Positions 8,355-16,855 of a stretch of 64,000 nucleotides of DNA are shown here, piece after piece. How positions within the stretch are numbered: position 1 is the first letter of the stretch; every line of letters begins with the position of its first letter. The notes under the pieces were generated by a model. It was not told the DNA's origin. It was given only the letters and a program-made list of their open reading frames with translations, and searched no databases. The position numbers and the translations under genes were made by a program. Origin of the DNA: an uncultured Pelagibacteraceae bacterium (GTDB taxonomy: Bacteria > Pseudomonadota > Alphaproteobacteria > Pelagibacterales > AG-422-B15); assembly GCA_902523455.1 (NCBI GenBank), contig CABYZG010000006.1:344-64343 (forward strand), written 5' to 3'.

Positions 8355-8428
8355 TGGTGCCCCTAGCTGGTTACGCTCCAGCGGCTGATCATTACCAATG
8401 ACCTGCTTTACTATTAAGCGATAGGGGC
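8355..8428 (-). tRNA. tRNA-Thr(GGU)-like 74-nt cloverleaf with encoded CCA and non-canonical D- and T-loops. It may be a divergent tRNA, a tRNA mimic or a pseudogene
   Basis: The minus strand reads GCCCCTA TC GCTT AATAGTA AAGC A GGTCA TTGGTAA TGATC AGCC GCTGG AGCGTAA CCAGC TAGGGGC A CCA. All four stems pair, with one G-U. The anticodon loop is TT-GGT-AA. The D-loop lacks the GG pair and the T-loop lacks TTC. The element is a GC-rich island in AT-rich DNA. Confidence 0.5.
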
Positions 8429-8438
8429 TTAATAGAAA

Positions 8439-9200
8439 TTACTCTTTTGTACCATAGCCTTTTGTGATAGCAATTGCCACGCCAGCAACACAAATGCTTA
8501 AGAAAGCAACTAAAGAAATTACACTGACCCAGATATTAATATCAGATGCCCCGTAAAAGGACCATCTCATGCCATTCACAAGATATAAAACTGGATTAAA
8601 GTAAGTTACATTTTGCCAAAATTCTGGAAGCATTTCTACGGTGTAAAGACTACCACCTAAAAAAACTAAAGGGGTGACGATGATAAGTGGCACAACTTGC
8701 AACTGTTCAAAATTTTCACTGAGCAATCCAATAAGAAATCCAAAAAGACTAAATGTAAGACATGTTAATACCAGAAGAAAAAGCATTAATAAGGGATATT
8801 GAATTTCTAGTTCAACAAAGAAAGTTGCAGTAATGAGTATAATGACACCAACAATAAGTGATTTAGTTGCACTGGCTCCAACAAATCCTATGATAATTTC
8901 TAAAGAGGAAATAGGTGCCGCAAGGACTTCATAAATCGATCCGGTAAATTTTGGAAAAAATATTCCAAATGAAGAGTTAGATATACTTTGAGTTAACAAA
9001 GTCAGCATCAATAAACCAGGTACGATGAATGACCCATAACTGACACCTTCAATTTGCGGAATCATACCCCCAATAACTGAACCAAATACAATGAAATATA
9101 AAGAAGTCGAAAGCACGGGCGAAAGCACACTTTGGAAAAGGGTTCTTCTCATTCGATCCATTTCATGAAAATAAATTGCTCTGATTGCGTAAAAATTCAT
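8439..9200 (-). CDS. ABC-2 type transporter permease
   Basis: 253 aa with about 6 hydrophobic segments and an ABC-2/YadH-like layout. It overlaps the upstream ATPase gene by 1 nt. Confidence 0.8.
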   Translation of the reverse strand: MNFYAIRAIYFHEMDRMRRTLFQSVLSPVLSTSLYFIVFGSVIGGMIPQIEGVSYGSFIVPGLLMLTLLTQSISNSSFGIFFPKFTGSIYEVLAAPISSLEIIIGFVGASATKSLIVGVIILITATFFVELEIQYPLLMLFLLVLTCLTFSLFGFLIGLLSENFEQLQVVPLIIVTPLVFLGGSLYTVEMLPEFWQNVTYFNPVLYLVNGMRWSFYGASDINIWVSVISLVAFLSICVAGVAIAITKGYGTKE

Positions 9201-10123
9201 TATTTTTCCTTTACCAGTTCCACAAAGATCTTTTCAAGTGAACTTTGCTCTGTATTTAAATCTTTTAGTTTTAATCCAGCTTCTTTCATATCTTGTAAGA
9301 GAGATGTTATTCCAGTTTGTTTACTTTGTGTATCGTATTGGTAATCAATTGATAATCCATCATTAACTATTGTAAGTTTATAATTTTTTAGTGACTCAGG
9401 TAATGTCTTAACTGTTTCATGTAAATCAATTGTTAGAGTTTTCTGGCCTAAACTTTTTATTAAATTGGATGTTTCATCAACTACTATCATTTCACCTTTA
9501 TTAATGACTGCAACTCGGTCAGCTATTGCTTCTGCTTCTTCTATATAATGGGTTGTCAAAATTATTGTAACACCTTTATCTCTTAAATTCTTGATGACTT
9601 CCCACATGTCTTTTCTTAATTCGACATCAACACCAGCTGATGGCTCATCAAGAAATAAGACTGAAGGCTCATGAGAAAGAGCTTTAGCAATCAAGACGCG
9701 TCTTTTCATTCCTCCAGAAAGCTCATTAATTTTGGAGTCTTTTTTATCCCACAAACTTAAATCTTTTAGTATTTTTTCAATATACTGAGGATTAGGAGGC
9801 TTACCATATAAGCCTCTAGTATAGGATACGTTGTTATAAACAATTTCAAATTGTTCTAAGGTTAGCTCCTGAGGTACAAGTCCAATTTGTGACCTAGTTT
9901 TTCTATAATCTTTAATAATATCGTAGTTACCAACCTCAACTGTCCCAATACTTGGTGTTACAATTCCACAGATAATACTAATCAAAGTTGTTTTTCCTGC
10001 ACCATTAGGTCCAAGAAGTGCAAATATTTCATTCTGTTTGATATCTAAATTAATATTATTGAGTGCCTGAAATTCATTACTGTAAGTTTTAGATAAATTT
10101 TTTACTGAGACGACATTTTGCAT
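9200..10123 (-). CDS. ABC transporter ATP-binding protein (ABC-2 subfamily partner)
   Basis: Walker A GPNGAGKTT, signature LSGGMKRR, Walker B LFLDEPSAGVD. Confidence 0.9.
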   Translation of the reverse strand: MQNVVSVKNLSKTYSNEFQALNNINLDIKQNEIFALLGPNGAGKTTLISIICGIVTPSIGTVEVGNYDIIKDYRKTRSQIGLVPQELTLEQFEIVYNNVSYTRGLYGKPPNPQYIEKILKDLSLWDKKDSKINELSGGMKRRVLIAKALSHEPSVLFLDEPSAGVDVELRKDMWEVIKNLRDKGVTIILTTHYIEEAEAIADRVAVINKGEMIVVDETSNLIKSLGQKTLTIDLHETVKTLPESLKNYKLTIVNDGLSIDYQYDTQSKQTGITSLLQDMKEAGLKLKDLNTEQSSLEKIFVELVKEK

Positions 10124-10228
10124 CGGTCCCTTATACCAGCAAATTTTTGAAAATAAACACTTCTATCTTGTTTTGAACATATTTTTATCAAAATTAAGCC
10201 TTGCTTTTTAGGTACATATTTATCAAAC

Positions 10229-10408
10229 ATGAAAAAGTCGAAGATGAAACCTCAGTACATAAGAAGACAATCCTATAATGGTGAATCGACTCTCGTGATT
10301 ATACCTTCAACCACAAAGCTTAAACTTTCTAGAACCCCTAAACTTTTATCAAGCTTTGTGATCGCGACAGGTTTTCTTGGCTTGATGTTTTTCTCCATTA
10401 GTGGCTAA
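10229..10408 (+). CDS. Candidate 59-aa small protein: basic N-terminus plus one C-terminal TM segment (below the ORF-track length cut-off)
   Basis: An ATG-to-TAA ORF read by hand: MKKSKMKPQYIRRQSYNGESTLVIIPSTTKLKLSRTPKLLSSFVIATGFLGLMFFSISG. It lies in the longest noncoding gap of the window and is followed by a hairpin. Confidence 0.25.
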   Translation: MKKSKMKPQYIRRQSYNGESTLVIIPSTTKLKLSRTPKLLSSFVIATGFLGLMFFSISG

Positions 10409-10413
10409 AATCC

Positions 10414-10441
10414 TTTCGGTACGGTTGTACTGGTACCGAAA
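10414..10441 (+). terminator. Hairpin (9-bp stem TTTCGGTAC/GTACCGAAA) downstream of the small ORF; weak intrinsic-terminator candidate
   Basis: The inverted repeat was read directly. The T-rich tract is not immediately adjacent. Confidence 0.3.
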
Positions 10442-10531
10442 AGATTAAAAATTTTCTTCAGATCAATAATATTAGTTGTCTCGTATTCATCTTTTATCTA
10501 GAATTTTAATGAATAACCGGGGGAAAAATTA

Positions 10532-12037
10532 ATGTCAGTTTTAGATCGTTTCAGTGAAATCAGTTCAAAAATTTACATGGGTGGTAAATTTTATAAAAGT
10601 CAATCAACAGACTCAATTGATGTGATTGACCCTGCAACCGAAAATAAAATTGGAGAAATTCCTGAAACTTCACAATCTGAAATTGATGAAGTTGTATCTA
10701 TTGCGAACAAAGCTCATAAGGCTTGGAATCAAAAATCTCCACTTGATCGAAGTCATGTCCTCCATGAAGTTGCAAATAAAATGGGTGAAATGGCACCACT
10801 ATTTGCTGAAGCTCTGACAAGAGAAATGGGAAAACCCTACAAGGAGTCAATGGATGAAGTTCATTGGAGTATTCACAATATTCGTTTTTATGCAGAGATG
10901 GGCAGAGGTGAAACAGGAAAAGTTATAGGCTCTGCTGTTGAAGGACAGTTTCATTACACACTCAAACAACCTTTGGGTACATGCGTCTTAATCTTACCAT
11001 TTAATTATCCAATGGTGTTACTTGCATGGGAAGCAAGTGCCGCTTTGGCTGCGGGAAATGCTGTCATTATCAAGCCTTCACAATACACATCTCTAACTAC
11101 ACTGTTATTTGCTGAAGCTTTCAAGGCATTACCAGATGGATTATTTCAAGTTGTAACAGGTGAAGCTGCTGCTGGAAAATCATTAGTTGAGCACAAAGAT
11201 ACGCATATGGTTGCATTTACAGGCAGCGTTCCAGTTGGAGTAAGCATTGCTTCCAAGTGTGGTGAACTTATGAAAAGATCATTAATTGAAAATTCTGGAA
11301 ATGACCCCTTCATTGTTATGCCATCAGCTCCTATGGACATCACTGCACGAGCAGCAGCGTTTTCTGCATATATGAATTGTGGACAAATATGTGTTTCAGC
11401 TGAAAGATTTTTTGTGCATGAAAAAATTCATGATGAGTTTGTTGAAAAATTAATTGAAGAAACAAAAAAGATTAGAGTTGGTAATGGTCTTGATAAGGTA
11501 GATATGGGTCCAATTGTTTCATCAAAAGAGAGAGACCGATACGAGAATGTTTTACGCAAAGCTTTAGATGAAGGCGCAAAAGCTGTTGAGGGTGGAGGGC
11601 GACTAAGTCAGTTTAATAAAGGCTGGTTTGTTGCACCAACTGTCCTGGTTGATTGCAATGATGAAATGAGTATATTTAACAATGAAAGCTTTGGTCCAGT
11701 TGCGCCAATTTGTAAAGTATCTAGTTTTGAAGAGGCTATGGAGAAAGCAAATAACTCTAGATATGGACTTGGTGCTAACATTTATACAAAAGATTTATCA
11801 GAGGGAATTCGTGCTTCAGAACAATTCCAGGCAGGAATGGTTTGGGTAAATGCGCCGTTGCTTGATAATGATGCTGGCCCTTTTGGAGGAACAAAACTCT
11901 CTGGTATGGGTCGACAATTAGGTGCGGAGGGATTAGAGACATTCAGAGATACCAAGACTGTGATGATTGATCCTGATTGTCAGCCACAAGATTTCTGGTG
12001 GTTTCCGTATTCTGACGAGGAAATGTATAAGAAATAA
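10532..12037 (+). CDS. NAD(P)-dependent aldehyde dehydrogenase family protein
   Basis: 501 aa. ALDH motifs FTGS..VG, the IENSGNDP region (equivalent to ELGGKSP) and the catalytic Cys region NCGQICVSAERF. Confidence 0.9.
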   Translation: MSVLDRFSEISSKIYMGGKFYKSQSTDSIDVIDPATENKIGEIPETSQSEIDEVVSIANKAHKAWNQKSPLDRSHVLHEVANKMGEMAPLFAEALTREMGKPYKESMDEVHWSIHNIRFYAEMGRGETGKVIGSAVEGQFHYTLKQPLGTCVLILPFNYPMVLLAWEASAALAAGNAVIIKPSQYTSLTTLLFAEAFKALPDGLFQVVTGEAAAGKSLVEHKDTHMVAFTGSVPVGVSIASKCGELMKRSLIENSGNDPFIVMPSAPMDITARAAAFSAYMNCGQICVSAERFFVHEKIHDEFVEKLIEETKKIRVGNGLDKVDMGPIVSSKERDRYENVLRKALDEGAKAVEGGGRLSQFNKGWFVAPTVLVDCNDEMSIFNNESFGPVAPICKVSSFEEAMEKANNSRYGLGANIYTKDLSEGIRASEQFQAGMVWVNAPLLDNDAGPFGGTKLSGMGRQLGAEGLETFRDTKTVMIDPDCQPQDFWWFPYSDEEMYKK

Positions 12038-12081
12038 ATTGAAAATTTAAAAAGAATTTTTATTTAACTTAATACATTTTT

Positions 12082-12522
12082 ATGAGAACAGTTGTACTAA
12101 TTATAGTTGCATTAATTATTGCTTTTTTTCTATATCAGGCCTTTAGTAATCAAACGATAGAAGAAGAAGTTGCTCAAGCTCAAAAGCCAATTCATCCTGA
12201 AACTATAGTCGCTTATCAAAATAATTGTGCTTCTTGTCACGGGGTTAATTTACAGGGTCAAGAAGGTTGGCAAAATACTCTAGATGAAGATGGACATCGG
12301 CTAGCACCACCATTAAATGGTACTGGTCACACGTGGCACCATTCACCAGAATATTTATTTCAAGTTATTAAATATGGCTTTCCAAGTTTCGATCCAAATT
12401 ATGAGGGAAAGATGCTTGGCAATGATAGTTTAAGTGAAGATGAGGTTTGGCAGCTGATTACTTACATCAGACAAGAATGGCCAGTACAAATACAAGATGT
12501 CTATAACAGTAGATATGAGTAA
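12082..12522 (+). CDS. Membrane-anchored mono-haem c-type cytochrome
   Basis: N-terminal TM segment, then a single CxxCH haem motif (CASCHG). Confidence 0.75.
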   Translation: MRTVVLIIVALIIAFFLYQAFSNQTIEEEVAQAQKPIHPETIVAYQNNCASCHGVNLQGQEGWQNTLDEDGHRLAPPLNGTGHTWHHSPEYLFQVIKYGFPSFDPNYEGKMLGNDSLSEDEVWQLITYIRQEWPVQIQDVYNSRYE

Positions 12523-12528
12523 ACGCTG

Positions 12529-12990
12529 TTACCAGTCAAAAAACCCATGAACACCAGTTTCTCCACGGTAATATTCAATATTACTTGCAGCCATCTCATA
12601 GCCAACAACTGCAAGGTCCTCGATATTTTGGGTTTCTATTTTCATTTTTCCAGTAACATAAACAGGTTCCCACCACGCTAAACCTTCCCATGGGTTTTCT
12701 GCTTCAACATAAACCAGTTGATTAGGTGCTGGAGGTGGAACATGAATGCATGCTCCAATATATGGAACCAACAGAAAGCTATTCACTCCCCGTCCAAATG
12801 TATCTAAAGGAAGAACATATCCTGGTATTTTAACTTCTTTATCAACCAAGCTTTTGTTGAATTTTACTTCTCCGGGACTAAAGACTGAAGTCCATGGAAT
12901 CAAATCGTCCCAGTCTATTTCTTTGGGAACAGCATATGCGGCGGTTGTGATAAATAATAAAAGTAATATTAAATATTTTAATTTACTCAT
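12529..12990 (-). CDS. Secreted DUF3299-like protein, last gene of the Zrg-like zinc ABC operon
   Basis: Signal peptide MSKLKYLILLLLFITTAAYA. It overlaps the permease gene by 1 nt. The family assignment is by recollection of DUF3299 neighbours of FtsX-type ABC systems. Confidence 0.55.
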   Translation of the reverse strand: MSKLKYLILLLLFITTAAYAVPKEIDWDDLIPWTSVFSPGEVKFNKSLVDKEVKIPGYVLPLDTFGRGVNSFLLVPYIGACIHVPPPAPNQLVYVEAENPWEGLAWWEPVYVTGKMKIETQNIEDLAVVGYEMAASNIEYYRGETGVHGFFDW

Positions 12991-14240
12991 CAGATTTTGA
13001 TTGTCATTCCATCATTTATTGAAAACCAGTACGCCCTAATTGCAGGCAATAAGCTGACTAGTATAGATGCAAAAATAAATGTCATAAAAACATACATATC
13101 TCGTAAAGATAACATTTCAACATTCACCAAAATACCATAATTATAATCGATCCAAGGTTGTAAGATAGATAATGAGAAGAATAATAAAATAACACTTAAC
13201 AATATACTAAGCACTGAAATAAAAATTGCCTCAAGCATCAAGAGCCCAACAACAGTTCTAGGTGATGCTCCCATGGCCCTCCAAATTGCCATTTCTCGTC
13301 TTCTTTCACTTAAACTTGAAAACATGATAGCTGTCATGCCAATCAATGTTGTAAATATGACAACAATTGATATCCCCAACAATAAATTTTCAACCACACC
13401 AACAACACGCCAGAGTTCCTGCAGCGCTGCACCAGGTAGAATCGCTGTCATTGCTTCCTCAGGGTACTCATTAATCCATCGTTGAAGATTAAAGATTGTT
13501 AATTTTGATTTCACTCCAATGAGAGCGGCGGTAATATTTTTAGGAGTAAGATCCATTTTTCGGATTTCTTCGATGGGCGTTTCTTGCCCAGGAATTTTTG
13601 CTCCAGTAGACCAATCAACATGTATTGCTTCAATTGCAGCCAAACTCACAATCACAGTATTGTCTACTGGCGTACCCGTTTTTTCCAATATTCCAGAAAC
13701 TCTGAATGGTTGATCGTCATGCTCTGAAAATGATTGAAGGCCATGCGCTACGATTAGCGGCGTGTCTATGTCATATCCTAGTTTTTCAGCTACTCCAGCA
13801 CCCAACACTACGTCATAAAGATCTTCAAATAAGTATCCTTTATCAATATTAATTGATTGACCACCTCTATACTTATAACGAGCAAAGAAATCTTTATTTG
13901 TTCCCATAACCCGAAAACCTTTATGGCTGTCACCAAGTGAAATTGGCACTGCCCAATCAACTTCTTCTTTATTCACAATATCCAAGTAGCTTTCCCAGGT
14001 GATGTTATTGGTTGCATTGCCAATCCTAAATACAGAGTAGAGCATCAATTGAACTGAGCTTGCTCTTGCACCAATAATTAAGTCTGTTTGAGAAATTGTA
14101 TCTGTAAAACTTGTGTAAGCAGATGTTCTTAATTTTTCTACACTCATGTAAAGCATTAGAGAAAAAGAAATTGCAATAACGGTCATGCCTACAGTTACTA
14201 GTCTTGCGTAGAGAGAGCTCAATGAAAGTTTTAACAACAT
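12990..14240 (-). CDS. zrgC: FtsX/MacB-like ABC transporter permease (ZrgC-like)
   Basis: 416 aa. One N-terminal TM, a large periplasmic domain and a C-terminal FtsX-type TM bundle. It sits in an operon with an ATPase and a DUF2796-like protein. Confidence 0.7.
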   Translation of the reverse strand: MLLKLSLSSLYARLVTVGMTVIAISFSLMLYMSVEKLRTSAYTSFTDTISQTDLIIGARASSVQLMLYSVFRIGNATNNITWESYLDIVNKEEVDWAVPISLGDSHKGFRVMGTNKDFFARYKYRGGQSINIDKGYLFEDLYDVVLGAGVAEKLGYDIDTPLIVAHGLQSFSEHDDQPFRVSGILEKTGTPVDNTVIVSLAAIEAIHVDWSTGAKIPGQETPIEEIRKMDLTPKNITAALIGVKSKLTIFNLQRWINEYPEEAMTAILPGAALQELWRVVGVVENLLLGISIVVIFTTLIGMTAIMFSSLSERRREMAIWRAMGASPRTVVGLLMLEAIFISVLSILLSVILLFFSLSILQPWIDYNYGILVNVEMLSLRDMYVFMTFIFASILVSLLPAIRAYWFSINDGMTIKI

Positions 14241-14242
14241 AT

Positions 14243-14929
14243 CTAATCTTCTCGGGTTAACACTTCATTGATATCTATTAATCGATCAAATCGTTCAGCA
14301 AGAGATTTATCATGAGATACCATAAGTAAAGTTGATTTGTTATTCGAAATCTGTTCAAACATGAGGTCTAAAAAAATTTGTTGTGCATCTGTATCTAGCG
14401 AAGATGTGGGTTCATCTGCAATAACTAAGGAAGGATTGCCTATCAATGCTCTTGCCACGGCTACTCTTTGTTGCTGCCCAACACTAAGACTACTTGCTTT
14501 ATATTGATCAATATCATCAGGTAATCTCAATTGTTTGCAAATATTTAAGGCCGATTCTCTTTGATTAGTTACATTAGCAGATCTTACTTTTGAGAAATAA
14601 AGAGGCAGAACAATATTATCTATAACATTTGCATATGGGAGTAGATTAAATTGCTGAAAAATAATACCTATATTATCTGCTCGATGTTCATCTTTAGTTT
14701 TAGAAGAAAGCTTATTTATCGTACTTCCATTAATTGATATGCTTCCAGATAAAGGGTTTAAAAACCCACAAATTAATGAAAGAAGAGTTGTCTTGCCTGA
14801 GCCACTCTCTCCCAATAAAAGAACCTTTTCACCTTTATTGATCTCGAAATTGGGGACAAATATTTTAAAGCTACTTTTTTTTGACCAATGAAATCTTACA
14901 GAGTCAATTTTAATAATATTTTCATCCAA
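14243..14929 (-). CDS. zrgB: ABC transporter ATP-binding protein (ZrgB-like, MacB/LolD type)
   Basis: Walker A GESGSGKTT, signature LSVGQQQRV, Walker B VIADEPTSSLD. Confidence 0.8.
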   Translation of the reverse strand: MDENIIKIDSVRFHWSKKSSFKIFVPNFEINKGEKVLLLGESGSGKTTLLSLICGFLNPLSGSISINGSTINKLSSKTKDEHRADNIGIIFQQFNLLPYANVIDNIVLPLYFSKVRSANVTNQRESALNICKQLRLPDDIDQYKASSLSVGQQQRVAVARALIGNPSLVIADEPTSSLDTDAQQIFLDLMFEQISNNKSTLLMVSHDKSLAERFDRLIDINEVLTRED

Positions 14930-15559
14930 TTAGATTTTTCCTTTTAAGTCTATGAAAGGCCTATCTCCTTCCACTTCAAAACTCGTGGATCCAACTTCAG
15001 ATACAAATTGTATTTCAAGCTCTCCAGAGTTAGGAAAAGTAGTAAAATATGGAAAGTCTATTCTGTCAATTTCTTTTACATTACCGCATGTAAATGAATA
15101 GTGAGCAACAAACTCATTATGAGCTTCTTCCTCATGTTCATCATGATTGTGCTCATCCTCGTGATCGTGCTCATCTTCATGCTCATGCTCATCTTCATGA
15201 TCGTGCTCATCTTCATGATCATGCTCATCTTCATGATCATCTCCCTGATTTATGTCAATTTCAGCATCGACTAAATTACAATTTCCACTGCTAGATAAAG
15301 TAAAGATGTTTTCAAAATCTTGAAATTTGGAAAGAGCTGTATTTACCAATGCTATATCACTATCACTTTTTGCTTCATACTCGAACCCAACAATATCTGC
15401 GCCAGGTATCATAAACTCTAGATTTATGGCACTGCCTTCTACAGCAATATTTAACTCACCGACCCCATGTTCATGCTTGTCAACTTGCCTTGTTTCTTCT
15501 GCGGCTGCAACTGACATCATCGCAGACATTAATAGTGAATAGTAGATACTTTTTTTCAT
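14930..15559 (-). CDS. zrgA: Periplasmic His/Asp/Glu-rich metal-binding protein (DUF2796/ZrgA-like)
   Basis: Signal peptide, then the acidic His tract GDDHEDEHDHEDEHDHEDEHEHEDEHDHEDEHNHDEHEE. It is the first gene of the operon, directly downstream of a Zur-box palindrome. Confidence 0.65.
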   Translation of the reverse strand: MKKSIYYSLLMSAMMSVAAAEETRQVDKHEHGVGELNIAVEGSAINLEFMIPGADIVGFEYEAKSDSDIALVNTALSKFQDFENIFTLSSSGNCNLVDAEIDINQGDDHEDEHDHEDEHDHEDEHEHEDEHDHEDEHNHDEHEEEAHNEFVAHYSFTCGNVKEIDRIDFPYFTTFPNSGELEIQFVSEVGSTSFEVEGDRPFIDLKGKI

Positions 15560-15616
15560 TTTATCTCCTGAGAATTTTTTAAAAATCTTATTGAAAAAAT
15601 ATTTAGGTGTCTAGAA

Positions 15617-15637
15617 AAATGTTATTTTATAACATTT
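15617..15637. promoter_or_regulatory. Zur-box candidate upstream of the zrgA-like operon
   Basis: Perfect palindrome AAATGTTAT-TTT-ATAACATTT, 57 nt upstream of the zrgA-like start and 5 nt past the zur stop. Confidence 0.6.
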
Positions 15638-15642
15638 ATATT

Positions 15643-16065
15643 TTAATGCTTCGTATTTTCAATTTGTTTATTTTTACAAGATTTACAAGTTCCAAAAAAC
15701 TCTAAATTATATCCATCAAATACTGTTCCATCTTTATCTCTAAAATCTTTTAAATTTTTAAATAGTTTTGGATCATTGATTTCAGAGACAATTTCACAAG
15801 AATTACAAATAGAAAAAACAGTTTTATGGGGTGTGCCACAGTTTGAAATTTTACAAGCAACAAATGAATTTTGACTCTCAACTCGATGAATTTTTCCAAT
15901 TTTAATTAATTTGTCTAATGCTCTGTAAACTTGGGGAGGTGCATTAATTCCTTTTTTTTGAACATTAGATAAGATTGAATATGCTTTAACAGGCTTTTTA
16001 TTCTTCTGAATGAAGTCCAAAACAATTTTTTGATTTTTTGATAATGATTTACTCTTCTTATCCAT
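15643..16065 (-). CDS. zur: Fur-family zinc uptake regulator
   Basis: 140 aa with a winged-helix N-terminus and paired CxxC motifs (CNSC, CKSC). It is the last gene of the znuC-znuB-zur overlap chain. Confidence 0.8.
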   Translation of the reverse strand: MDKKSKSLSKNQKIVLDFIQKNKKPVKAYSILSNVQKKGINAPPQVYRALDKLIKIGKIHRVESQNSFVACKISNCGTPHKTVFSICNSCEIVSEINDPKLFKNLKDFRDKDGTVFDGYNLEFFGTCKSCKNKQIENTKH

Positions 16066-16855
16066 AGTTTCTTTTTTTGATTCCTATTAATGATAAGATA
16101 AATAAAATTAGCGCAACTACAACTATTGTTGGTCCCGAAGACGTGTTAATTTCAAATGAAGTATATAATCCAATAAACACTGATAAAAGACCGCCAATAA
16201 TTGATAAAATAACCATCTGTTTTGGATTATTAGATAAATTACGAGCCATTGTTGTAGGGATAATCAGCATTCCAGTAATTAGTAATAATCCAACCATTTT
16301 TATTGAAATCGCAATAAGTGCGGCTAGCAAAATCGTGAAAATTGCATTTACTCTCTCCGGATTCATGCCCTCGGCTTCAGCGAGCTCATAATTTACTGTT
16401 GAGGCAAACAACGGTTTCCAAATAAACCATAAAACTAAAAGAATAATGGCTCCACCAATCCAAATAGCAAGCAAGTCATTTACATTTACTGAGAGTATAT
16501 CTCCAAATAGAACTCCCATAATATCGAATCGAATAAAAGATAAAAATCCCAGTATTACCATTCCCACTGCTAATGAGGAATGAGATAACAAACCTAACAG
16601 AGCATCGCTTGGTAAGTTAGTTGTTTTCTGTAATCTTAATAACAGAAGAGCAATTAGAGATGATACAGTAAAAATTGTAAGTGATATGTTTAGATCAAAT
16701 GCAACAGACAACAAAACTCCCAACAAAGCTGAATGAGCTAACGTGTCACCAAAAAAAGATAAACGTCGCCACACAACAAAGCATCCTAGTGGACCAGTAA
16801 CAAGAGCAATTCCAATTCCTGCTATTAAAGCTCTGAATAAGAAATCATCAAACAT
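16058..16855 (-). CDS. znuB: Zinc ABC transporter permease
   Basis: 265 aa polytopic ZnuB/ABC-3 family pattern (FFGDTLAHSALLGV). It overlaps znuC and zur. Confidence 0.9.
   Translation of the reverse strand: MFDDFLFRALIAGIGIALVTGPLGCFVVWRRLSFFGDTLAHSALLGVLLSVAFDLNISLTIFTVSSLIALLLLRLQKTTNLPSDALLGLLSHSSLAVGMVILGFLSFIRFDIMGVLFGDILSVNVNDLLAIWIGGAIILLVLWFIWKPLFASTVNYELAEAEGMNPERVNAIFTILLAALIAISIKMVGLLLITGMLIIPTTMARNLSNNPKQMVILSIIGGLLSVFIGLYTSFEINTSSGPTIVVVALILFILSLIGIKKRNYG

Noticed and set aside
8355-8428. Alternative reading of the GC-rich element as a simple intrinsic terminator for the convergent M50 and ABC-2 genes, or as part of a two-piece alphaproteobacterial tmRNA
   Set aside because: There is no U-tract on either strand, and the internal structure is a full four-arm cloverleaf rather than a single hairpin. 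A tmRNA would have a canonical T-loop and no anticodon arm. The tRNA-like interpretation is kept instead, with moderate confidence.
9132-9344. 70-aa plus-strand ORF spanning the ABC ATPase/permease junction
   Set aside because: It is antisense to two well-supported ABC genes and has no motif content.
15094-15294. 66-aa plus-strand His-rich ORF antisense to the zrgA-like gene
   Set aside because: It is an artefact of the 18-nt tandem repeat, which stays open in several frames. The minus-strand frame has a signal peptide and operon context.
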